Of a DNA stretch of 64,000 bases, positions 56,270-64,000 are shown piece after piece. Both the position numbers and the translations under genes were made by a program. The notes under the pieces were generated by a model, which was given only the letters and a program-made list of their open reading frames with translations, did no database searches and was not told the DNA's origin. This stretch comes from Myxococcota bacterium (GTDB taxonomy: Bacteria > Myxococcota_A > SURF-8). How positions within the stretch are numbered: position 1 is the stretch's first letter; every line of letters begins with the position of its first letter. Location of the stretch: contig OZ223209.1 of the NCBI GenBank assembly GCA_965140415.1, forward strand, positions 96,001 to 160,000, written 5' to 3'.

Positions 56270-57038
56270 ACGTGTCGCCATCGTGAACCAAAAAGGGGGC
56301 GTGGGTAAAACCACCACCGCGGTGAATCTGGCGGCTGCGCTGGCCGCTGCGGAGCAACGTGTGCTGCTGGTGGATATGGATCCACAGGCCAATGCAACCT
56401 CCGGTGTAGGCTACGAGCACGAACCGGATCTTCCGCACCTGTACCACGTGTTACTGGGAGAGGCCACCGCACGGGACGTTCACAAACAAACCGATCTGTC
56501 CTTATTGCATCTACTGCCCTCCGGGCGCGATCTGATCGGGGCGGAGGTGGAACTGACGCAGGTAATGGCGCGCGAGCATCGTCTGGACGAAGCGTTGAAG
56601 CCGTTGGACGACTTGTACGATGTCATGCTGATCGACTGTCCCCCGTCGCTGGGGCTATTAACCCTGAATGCACTCACCGCCGCCCATTCGGTGCTGATTC
56701 CGGTGCAGACCGAATACTACGCAATGGAAGGCGTCGGGCATCTGATGCACACCATCAACCTGGTGAAACAACACCTGAATCCCGGACTCGAGATCGAGGG
56801 TGTCCTGTTGACCATGGTGGATTTTCGCACCAATCTCAGTCGCCAGGTGGCCCAGGAAGTCAAGCGTTTCTTTGGCGATAAAGTATATCAAACGGAAGTA
56901 TATAGAAACATACGTCTGTCCGAAGCGCCCAGCCACGGGCGCCCCGTGATTCTCTACGACATCACCTCGCGCGGCAGTGAAAACTATCTGGCATTGGCGC
57001 AGGAATTCATCCAGGCGCAGGAAAGGACGGCCTCATGA
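56262..57038 (+). CDS. parA: Chromosome partitioning ATPase
   Basis: NQKGGVGKTTT, DMDPQANAT, DCPPSLG.LT.NAL, RLSEAPSHG.P. Confidence 0.96.
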   Translation: MAKRVAIVNQKGGVGKTTTAVNLAAALAAAEQRVLLVDMDPQANATSGVGYEHEPDLPHLYHVLLGEATARDVHKQTDLSLLHLLPSGRDLIGAEVELTQVMAREHRLDEALKPLDDLYDVMLIDCPPSLGLLTLNALTAAHSVLIPVQTEYYAMEGVGHLMHTINLVKQHLNPGLEIEGVLLTMVDFRTNLSRQVAQEVKRFFGDKVYQTEVYRNIRLSEAPSHGRPVILYDITSRGSENYLALAQEFIQAQERTAS

Positions 57039-57997
57039 GCAAGCGTACCGCTGCAAAACCGCCCGCATTGGGACGTGGCCTGGCGGCGCTGATTCCCTCC
57101 GGTCCGACGCCGTCCGCTGAAAAATCGAAAGCGGATAACTCCGCACAAACCCCGGATGTCGAATCGGCGGATTCTTCATCTTCTACAACGCAGCAAACCT
57201 CCGCGCAAACGGGTATTCTCACGGTGCCGATCGAGGAAGTGCAGCCCATGTCCGGGCAGCCGCGCAGCATCTTCAACCCGACGGACTTGCAGGAACTGGC
57301 GGACTCCATCACTGAAAAAGGAGTGTTGCAGCCGGTGATCGTGCGTCGGGCGGAGAGTGGATATCAGTTGATCGCCGGTGAGCGTCGCTGGCGCGCCAGT
57401 CAACAGGCGGGCATGACGACCATCCCGGTGATCGTCAAAGATGTCGACGAGTCCGAGGCGTTTCAACTGGCCTTGATCGAAAACATTCAGCGCGAAAACC
57501 TCAACGCGGCGGATATCGGCAAGGCGCTGAAAAAACTGGCGGACGACTTCCAGTTGACGCAGGAAGAAATCGCGGAGCGCATCGGTAAGAATCGCGCCAC
57601 CGTGGCCAACTACATTCGCATTCTACGGTTGCCGCCGGTGTTGTTGCGCAAGGTCGAAGACGGCACCTTGAGCTTCGGACATGCGCGCTGTCTGGCCGGT
57701 CTTTCACAGGGTCAGCTCTCGCATATCGACACCCACCGGCTGGTGGCGGGGCGCTACTCGGTACGCGAACTGGAACAGATCGTGCGCCGCATTCAGCAGC
57801 AGGACGGTAAACCCGCCGCCAAATCGCACAGCGGCGAATCTCCGCAGGTGCGCTTCGTGCGCCGCAAACTGGAACAGCGGCTGGGACTGAAGGTTTCCCT
57901 TAAGGACCGTAACGGCAAGGGGAGATTATCGATCGATTACAACAGCCTGGATGAACTCGACGGGCTGCTTCAACTTCTGGGGGTGGCCGATTCCTAA
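57035..57997 (+). CDS. parB: Chromosome partitioning protein ParB/Spo0J
   Basis: LGRGL.AL, QPR, IAGERRWRA, ENIQRENL, HTH, GHAR. Confidence 0.96.
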   Translation: MSKRTAAKPPALGRGLAALIPSGPTPSAEKSKADNSAQTPDVESADSSSSTTQQTSAQTGILTVPIEEVQPMSGQPRSIFNPTDLQELADSITEKGVLQPVIVRRAESGYQLIAGERRWRASQQAGMTTIPVIVKDVDESEAFQLALIENIQRENLNAADIGKALKKLADDFQLTQEEIAERIGKNRATVANYIRILRLPPVLLRKVEDGTLSFGHARCLAGLSQGQLSHIDTHRLVAGRYSVRELEQIVRRIQQQDGKPAAKSHSGESPQVRFVRRKLEQRLGLKVSLKDRNGKGRLSIDYNSLDELDGLLQLLGVADS

Positions 57998-58030
57998 CGG
58001 CTAACTCATTTATGAAACAAAGGAAGAACC

Positions 58031-58411
58031 ATGGCGTCTAATTCAACGGCGGAAATCAATGCCCTATTGGGTAAAGGCAGCGAATTCGAAGGCAAACTCA
58101 CCTTCGAAGGCACCGTGCGCATCGACGGGCGTTTCAGCGGCGAAATCTTTTCCAACGACGTGCTGATCGTCGGTGAAGGTGCAGAAATCGAAGCCGAAAT
58201 CAAAGTCAATCGCGTCGTGGTGTACGGCAGCGTACACGGTAACGTCGTCGCTCCCGGCGGTGTGAATCTGCATGCACCCGCCCGTCTGGTCGGTTCGATC
58301 ACCACCCGCTCGCTGACGATCGATGAAGGCGTGGTTTTCGACGGTTCCTGTCACATGGACAACAATTCCGCGGCAGCTCCGGCCCGGCCTGCGACCAGCG
58401 AAGAAGACTGA
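58031..58411 (+). CDS. Bactofilin (polymer-forming cytoskeletal protein)
   Basis: LGKGSEFEGKLTFEGTVRIDG.F.GEI...L.IDEGVVFDGSC.M. Confidence 0.92.
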   Translation: MASNSTAEINALLGKGSEFEGKLTFEGTVRIDGRFSGEIFSNDVLIVGEGAEIEAEIKVNRVVVYGSVHGNVVAPGGVNLHAPARLVGSITTRSLTIDEGVVFDGSCHMDNNSAAAPARPATSEED

Positions 58412-58474
58412 CAATCCATCGGTTTCACCTTGCCGAACGGATGATACATGCGTGGATAATCGCCTGGTGAGTCT

Positions 58475-59563
58475 TTAGCGGCAGCTGAACCAGTTACCCG
58501 GATCGACGGCTTTTCCGCTGTGGCGCAGCTCGAAGTATAAAAAGGAACCTTTCAGGCTACCGGTATCGCCAACGTAGCCGATCAACTCTCCGGCTTGTAG
58601 TTTCTGCCCCTTGCTGTGCGTCAACTCCCTCAGATGAGCGTAGAGCGTGTAGTACTTTTCTCCGTGATCCAATACAATCAGATTGCCGAAGCCGCGCAGG
58701 CGACCGGCAAACAACACCACGGCAGAAAAAGGTGCTTTGATCGGATGACCGTTTGGCGCGCGCAGATCCAGTCCGCCATGAAAGCGCCGTTCGCGATCTT
58801 CTTTGAGTTCGCCGAAGTCGACTTCGATTTTCCCCGAGACCGGGCAGGGCAGTTGTCCTTTGCTGTCGGAAAAGGAACGCTGTGTTGAGGTGGAGGATTT
58901 TTCTGTTTGTGGAGCGGCCTGCAAGGTCGCGACTTTTCGGGATAGCTGTTTGTTGGCGTCGGCCAGTTCGCGCTGGGCTTGTTCGCGTAGCGCCTTTTCT
59001 TTCTGGACACGTTTTAAAAATGCCTTGCGCTCGGCCAATTTACCGTCCAGTTGTTTGCGTTGCTCGGCTAAGGACAACAATAGTGCGTCCAGTTCGCGTT
59101 TGCTCTTTTCCAGCGCATTTCGTTTACTCTGCCAGTCGGCCACACCGTTTTGATAGGTGGCAATGATCGCCCGATCGGCTTTCGCCAGCCGCGACAGATA
59201 CTGATTGCGCATCACGAATTCGCTGAAGTCGCCGGAAGCCAGCAGGTATTCCCAGTCGCCCAGCGATTGCAGCTTGTAGGTTTCGCGGATGCGCAAGGCT
59301 AAAAGCGATTGTTGCCGCTCGATTTTTTCCTGACTTTGCTTTACATGCTTGTGGCTGGTGGCCATCTGCTCATCGAGTTGTTTTTGCTTTTCTTCCAACT
59401 CTCGAATACGCGCCTTGGTGGAACCCAGCCTGGATTCCAGCTTTTCCAATTGATCCAGAATCGAGGTGGCCTGCCCTTCTACCGCCAACGGAGACCGCGC
59501 ACAGGGCCACATCGCAAAACAGCCCACGATCAGCAGCATCGCGACCCAGCGGCAGTGCGGCAT
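58475..59563 (-). CDS. envC: EnvC-like murein hydrolase activator (coiled coil + M23)
   Basis: Signal peptide, long coiled coil, M23 domain HGGLD...LYAHL...LYFELR; translationally coupled to ftsX. Confidence 0.85.
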   Translation of the reverse strand: MPHCRWVAMLLIVGCFAMWPCARSPLAVEGQATSILDQLEKLESRLGSTKARIRELEEKQKQLDEQMATSHKHVKQSQEKIERQQSLLALRIRETYKLQSLGDWEYLLASGDFSEFVMRNQYLSRLAKADRAIIATYQNGVADWQSKRNALEKSKRELDALLLSLAEQRKQLDGKLAERKAFLKRVQKEKALREQAQRELADANKQLSRKVATLQAAPQTEKSSTSTQRSFSDSKGQLPCPVSGKIEVDFGELKEDRERRFHGGLDLRAPNGHPIKAPFSAVVLFAGRLRGFGNLIVLDHGEKYYTLYAHLRELTHSKGQKLQAGELIGYVGDTGSLKGSFLYFELRHSGKAVDPGNWFSCR

Positions 59564-60462
59564 CAGATGGCCCTCCAGAAACGACCCAGCGCCACGAAAG
59601 ATCCGGTCGCTCCCAGTAACGCCGCCGCACAAAGGAACAACACAATCTGCCAAATAGAGAGGAAGGAAAAATGAACCGCGCCGAAAGGTCCGGCCAGCGC
59701 TTGCGAGAGCGGCGTCAAGGAGAGATGAAATAGACCGTAAGCCAATGCCAGGGAAAGCAGGGCACTAGACAGGCCCGATAGCAGCCCCTCGATTAAAAAG
59801 GGCCAGCGAATAAACCAGCGCGTCGCACCGACCACCTGCAAAATGTCCAGTTCTTCCCGGCGTGCATAGAGGTTTAAACGGATGGTGTTGGCCGACAGAA
59901 AGAGCACCGCCACCATCAACGCCAGACCCAGTAAGGCGCCAATAACGCGCAACAGGCCGATCAATGCGGAAAGCTTGCTGAACAGCTCGCGTCCGAACAG
60001 CGCATCTTCAACCCCGGGCAGCTTCGCGATTTCCGCCGCCAGCCGATCCAGTTGTTCGGTGGTCTGCGTTTCTTTGGCCAGTTCCAATTCCAAACTGGCG
60101 GGTAACGGATTTTCCGGCAGACCCTGCAATACATCCGCGCCACCGGGAAAATCGGCCAGAAAACGCTCCTTGGCGTCGGATGCCGTGACGAAAAAGGCAT
60201 TTCCGATTTCCGGGCGTTGCCGTAGAGAAAGCGCCAGATCCTGCGCCTGCTGCGGCGTGACATCTGCTTGCAGAAAGACCGTCATGCGCACCGAGCCGAT
60301 CCAGCGATCCGCCAGTTGTTCGACATTTAAAAAAATCAGCGCGTAGCCGTTAAACAGCAGAAACAGCACCATCAACATGGCGATGGTCGCTGTAGTAAGC
60401 CAGGGTGCGCGACGCATCGATTCGAGCGCCTTGCCGATAAAATAACGAAAGCGCCGGATCAT
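59563..60462 (-). CDS. ftsX: Cell division permease
   Basis: TM1, ENPLPAS, NTIRL..YARREE..I..VVGAT.WFIR.PF.IEG. Confidence 0.93.
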   Translation of the reverse strand: MIRRFRYFIGKALESMRRAPWLTTATIAMLMVLFLLFNGYALIFLNVEQLADRWIGSVRMTVFLQADVTPQQAQDLALSLRQRPEIGNAFFVTASDAKERFLADFPGGADVLQGLPENPLPASLELELAKETQTTEQLDRLAAEIAKLPGVEDALFGRELFSKLSALIGLLRVIGALLGLALMVAVLFLSANTIRLNLYARREELDILQVVGATRWFIRWPFLIEGLLSGLSSALLSLALAYGLFHLSLTPLSQALAGPFGAVHFSFLSIWQIVLFLCAAALLGATGSFVALGRFWRAI

Positions 60463-61202
60463 CCGCGCCCCCTCTCCGAGCGGCGTCGTCCGACAGCCGA
60501 AGCCGCCGCCTGCGCCCTCGCCTCCTGCTGCTCCAGCTTGATTTCCGAATCGAAGACCGCCCGCCCGTCTTCCAGTCGCACCGCGCGCCGTCCGGTTTTT
60601 TCATACAAGCGCCGATCGTGGGTGGCCAACAGCACCGTCGTGCCGCGTGCATTGGCTTCGTTGAACAGGCGGATGATGTCCTGGGTGGTGTCTTCATCGA
60701 GATTGCCGGTCGGCTCATCGGCCAGCAGAATGGCCGGTTCGTTGATCAGCGCCCGCGCCACCGCCACGCGCTGCTGCTCGCCGCCGGAAAGCTCCTCCGG
60801 ATAGGCGCGCATGCGATGCGACAATCCAACGTTTTTCAGCATCAGGCGTACGCGCCGGTCGATATCGCGTTTCGGTCGATACAATACTTCTAACGGTAGC
60901 GCCACATTTTCGTACACGCTGCGCCGGGGCAGCAGGCGGAAATCCTGAAAGACCACGCCGATTTTGCGTCGCAGAAAAGGAATCGATCCGGGACTGATGC
61001 GCGACACGTTGCGGCCCATCACCAGAACCTGGCCATCCGTAGGTTGGATGTCACAGAAAATCAGTTGTAATAACGTAGTCTTACCTGCACCGCTGGAGCC
61101 GGTCAGGTACAGAAAGTCGCCCTTCTCCACCTGAAGATTGATATCCACCAGCACCGGCTGATCGACCTGGTAAGATTTCGATACATGAAAAAGTTGTATC
61201 AT
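60459..61202 (-). CDS. ftsE: Cell division ATP-binding protein
   Basis: [49 protein letters not shown]. Confidence 0.95.
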   Translation of the reverse strand: MIQLFHVSKSYQVDQPVLVDINLQVEKGDFLYLTGSSGAGKTTLLQLIFCDIQPTDGQVLVMGRNVSRISPGSIPFLRRKIGVVFQDFRLLPRRSVYENVALPLEVLYRPKRDIDRRVRLMLKNVGLSHRMRAYPEELSGGEQQRVAVARALINEPAILLADEPTGNLDEDTTQDIIRLFNEANARGTTVLLATHDRRLYEKTGRRAVRLEDGRAVFDSEIKLEQQEARAQAAASAVGRRRSERGRG

Positions 61203-61243
61203 ATCAACAACCTGTAAAAAATATGCACCCGCACGGCGTAATA

Positions 61244-61741
61244 CTAGCGGCCCAGGCCGCCTAACAGATCGCGCGCCGGAAAGACCGATAGGTGTGTAAA
61301 ACGCCAACCCTGCCCTGCTCTGGCCAATTTGGCGTCGAAGCCTACCATTGCCGATTCTAAATAAGATTTCGCCTGGTTACGCTTGTATTGAACCGTAGCC
61401 TGAGCCGTGGCCACATCGCCTTCGACCGTGACCGACAAGCGCAGCAACGTCAGTTTCGAACCTTGGATCTGGGGAACCTGTCGCTCGGCCATTTCCAAGA
61501 ACTTGGCTTGCTCGCCTTTGCCGAAGGTCGGCGAGCGTCTCATAAACGATAAGCGGAAGCCGAAGCGTTCCAAATCGACCAGAGGGAGATAATCGTTGGC
61601 TTCGTAGCCGGGCAACTGCTGCACAAGTTCGGTCAGCCAGCTTTCCAAACGTTCTTCCTCCGATTCGACCAGCAGATCGTACAAGAAGGCGGCACCCAGC
61701 GCAAGAGCGACTATAACTATTAGTAATCCCACACGTTTCAT
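61244..61741 (-). CDS. Membrane-anchored hypothetical protein (possibly NTF2-like)
   Basis: N-terminal TM, 'VTVEGDVATA...W' pattern. Confidence 0.55.
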   Translation of the reverse strand: MKRVGLLIVIVALALGAAFLYDLLVESEEERLESWLTELVQQLPGYEANDYLPLVDLERFGFRLSFMRRSPTFGKGEQAKFLEMAERQVPQIQGSKLTLLRLSVTVEGDVATAQATVQYKRNQAKSYLESAMVGFDAKLARAGQGWRFTHLSVFPARDLLGGLGR

Positions 61742-61935
61742 CGTTTCATCCTTTGACGCAAAGCGTAACGATTCCGTGTTTTCAAGCAAGGATCGAGCAA
61801 GATCCCCATAAAGCGTCGGTTTTCAACTTGACATCGGCCATAATGGCACTATGTTCAGTTATGGAATAAATCACTCCCGATGACCACTCCAGTTTCGGGA
61901 TAGGCAAACCAGCTTCGATTCAAGGAGAAAGAACA

Positions 61936-62262
61936 ATGAGCGATAACGTACTGCATGTCAGTGATGCCGATTTCGAACAGGAAGTCATCAATTCCGATAT
62001 TCCGACCCTGGTGGACTTTTGGGCCCCTTGGTGCGGTCCCTGCAAATTCATCGGTCCGATCATCGAAGAACTGGCCCCCGAATACAGCGGGAAAGTCAAA
62101 TTCGTCAAGGTCAATACCGACGACAGCCAGAACACGGCCATGAAACTGGGCATCCGTTCAATTCCGACTCTGATCCTGTTCAAAGCCGGTCAGGTTGCCG
62201 ATCACCGCATTGGCGCCATGCAAAAAGACCAGCTCAAGCAATTCATCGATTCCAACCTGTAA
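61936..62262 (+). CDS. trxA: Thioredoxin
   Basis: DFWAPWCGPC, IRSIPTL; RBS AAGGAG. Confidence 0.96.
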   Translation: MSDNVLHVSDADFEQEVINSDIPTLVDFWAPWCGPCKFIGPIIEELAPEYSGKVKFVKVNTDDSQNTAMKLGIRSIPTLILFKAGQVADHRIGAMQKDQLKQFIDSNL

Positions 62263-62273
62263 TCGATTTCCTT

Positions 62274-62308
62274 CCGCCTCCGGCATTGTCGGAGGCGGTT
62301 TCATTTTT
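62274..62308 (+). terminator. trxA terminator
   Basis: CCGCCTCCGGC-ATT-GTCGGAGGCGG followed by TTTCATTTTT. Confidence 0.7.
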
Positions 62309-62331
62309 ATGACAGGGCGAATGCGTCCCCG

Positions 62332-63237
62332 TTATTCATCATCGCTATCAAGCTGTGGCGCGAGCTGCTTGGCTGCCGGTTTTTCCTTAAGTCGTTGATA
62401 GTCATTGTGTTCCGTCACCAGCGTAAAATCCGAATCCGCATCGATACGCGCCCAATCGCTAAAGCCCATCGCCTGCGCTCTGGATAGCGCCCAGATCGCC
62501 TTGGTCGTATCGCCCAGCCGGCAATAGCTGGCGGCCAAGTTGATCCAGCCTTCGACGTACTCCGGCGAAGTATGCGTGACCACTATGAATTCCTGCATGG
62601 CGCGTTCATTTTTTCCAGCTCCCAGATAGGCGATTCCCAGGTTGAAATGTCCGGCCACGTAGCGAGGATCTTTGGATAAGACCTTGTGCAATTCGGTAAC
62701 CGCTTCGCTGTAACGTTTCTGCGCGATCAGGCTGGCTCCCAATGAACTGCGAATCGGGATGCTGTCCGGATCCGAACGCAGAAAACGCCGGTAGCATTCT
62801 TCCGCCTGAGTGTATTTCTGCTGATCGTAATACAAATCGCCTAAAATGCGGTTCGCCTCGGGATGATAGGGGCTAAGCTTGACCAGCTTTTCATAAGCCG
62901 CCTGCATTTCCTGTTTTTTATTCTGTTTGCGGTAGCATTCTCCCAAGCGCTCGTAGGTATCCGGAAAATCGGGTTTCAAGGCCATCGCCAGCTCGAACTG
63001 CTCACAGGCCAATTCCCAGTTTTCAAGATTCCGAGCGCATTGGGCGATGCTGTAATGGGCGTCGAAGCTGGGGCCTTCATACTCCATCAGCATGCGATAT
63101 TCCGCGATCGCGCCTTCGTAGTCTCCCATGGAATAGTACCGGTCGGCGCGTTTTCTGGTGAGATCCGCCGTGCTACAGGCAACCAGCGCAAACGCGAAGA
63201 GCAGCACTGCCACAACAATCAGATTCATGCGATGCAT
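62332..63237 (-). CDS. TPR-repeat lipoprotein
   Basis: Lipobox LVAC, RBS GGGAGG, about seven TPRs, C-terminal 'A..MGF.DW..I..D.DF' motif. Confidence 0.85.
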   Translation of the reverse strand: MHRMNLIVVAVLLFAFALVACSTADLTRKRADRYYSMGDYEGAIAEYRMLMEYEGPSFDAHYSIAQCARNLENWELACEQFELAMALKPDFPDTYERLGECYRKQNKKQEMQAAYEKLVKLSPYHPEANRILGDLYYDQQKYTQAEECYRRFLRSDPDSIPIRSSLGASLIAQKRYSEAVTELHKVLSKDPRYVAGHFNLGIAYLGAGKNERAMQEFIVVTHTSPEYVEGWINLAASYCRLGDTTKAIWALSRAQAMGFSDWARIDADSDFTLVTEHNDYQRLKEKPAAKQLAPQLDSDDE

Positions 63238-63343
63238 CGTCGCCTCCCAAATGATTCGATATTGAATATAACCATGCTGGCCAACTGTAACAGAATCGCT
63301 CCGGCTTGGCAAGCGCTCTCACGAGCATCTTTGTTTGATACAG

Positions 63344-63610
63344 GGCGTACCACCAGGTATTGCAAATCAGCCTTATTTCTGTGTGGCGCGGGCTTAAGCC
63401 GCAGGCTTGCCCGTGTTCGAGAGCGCTCCGTTTCTCTCCGCTTGGCTCATGCCACCAGTCTTTTCCGCAATAGAGTAGGTATTACTCATTTCTGTCCATC
63501 GAGTAATTACGATGTGCCATGGTCTCACGGAATGGAAATTCCGGGAGGCCGTGTATAACTACAAGAAAACACACAGCCTTCAAATTAGTGGCTAAAAATG
63601 ATTAAGAACT
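63344..63610. repeat. Composite of family B (63344-63456) and family C (63471-63610) elements
   Basis: Matches 40231-40354 (reverse) and 44167-44345. Confidence 0.75.
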
Positions 63611-63643
63611 GCAATGTCTTGTATGGGAAGGTGTTCCGACCAC

Positions 63644-63667
63644 AAAAAAACCCCGCCGAAGCGGGGT
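63644..63667 (-). terminator. Terminator of iorB
   Basis: AAAAAAA-CCCCGC-CGAA-GCGGGGT. Confidence 0.8.
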
Positions 63668-63691
63668 GTAGCAATCTTAATGGAAATCTGA

Positions 63692-64000
63692 TTACGCCAG
63701 TGCTTCGCCTGCGGCAAAGGCGCGCATGTTGACGTCCAAAATTTTCTTGGGCAGCCGTTCGGTCAAGGCGTCGATCCAGGCTTCGCGCGGGAACTGCAAC
63801 TGCTTGGACATCAGACCCAACAGAATCACATTGACCACGCGTAAATTGCCCAGTTCTTCGGCCATATCGCGCGCCGGAACCAGGTGCAGATTTTTGAATT
63901 TACTGGATAATTCCTCGTTGACGTTCTCCGGATACTCCTGCAAGCTGGTGGCGGTCGTTAAGGTGTGGATCTGCTGATCGTTCACCAGCGCCACTGTTTT
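63692..64000 (-). CDS. iorB: Indolepyruvate:ferredoxin oxidoreductase beta subunit (3' part; 5' end off the window)
   Basis: LVN.Q.I...YP...A..MA.ELGN.RVVNVILLG...W.DAL...LP.K.LDVN.RAF.AG. Confidence 0.8.
   Translation of the reverse strand, partial: KTVALVNDQQIHTLTTATSLQEYPENVNEELSSKFKNLHLVPARDMAEELGNLRVVNVILLGLMSKQLQFPREAWIDALTERLPKKILDVNMRAFAAGEALA

Noticed and set aside
1-64000. tRNA, rRNA, tmRNA, prophage, integron or known defence systems
   Set aside because: No recognisable signatures found by eye.

Overview
A chromosomal, origin-proximal window from a bacterium of roughly mid-50s % GC (by eye). A Myxococcota/deltaproteobacterial affinity is inferred from the FHA-TPR proteins, Cys-rich lipoproteins, DUF4388-like and AgmX-C-like domains, and a bactofilin beside parAB. 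The right third holds a rearranged replication origin: dnaA-oriC-dnaN-recF-uppP-lgt-response regulator-tsaD-rsmA, two parS sites, rsmG-parA-parB-bactofilin, ftsEX-envC, trxA and iorB. The left two-thirds hold many surface lipoproteins with acidic DGD repeats, metabolic genes (acetoacetate-CoA ligase, AMP-ligase, fabD, ugd, epimerase, GH4, dNK, Kce), signalling genes (FHA, ECF sigma, cNMP-binding, phosphoesterase, degenerate tandem HD-GYP), an frr-Hsp70-J-protein operon, and two decayed IS elements. The most notable observations are: (1) an orphan LynF/TruF/PatF-like ABBA prenyltransferase candidate with a Cx2Cx5C N-terminus; (2) a shared DGD-linker signature in six unrelated lipoproteins; (3) two candidate structured RNAs (about 11644-11875 and 18885-19042); (4) REP-like doublets framed by two different MITE-like terminal inverted repeats; (5) a sigma54 promoter plus a perfect sigma70 promoter upstream of the ECF gene. 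All family calls come from motif recognition by eye; no database searches were run.
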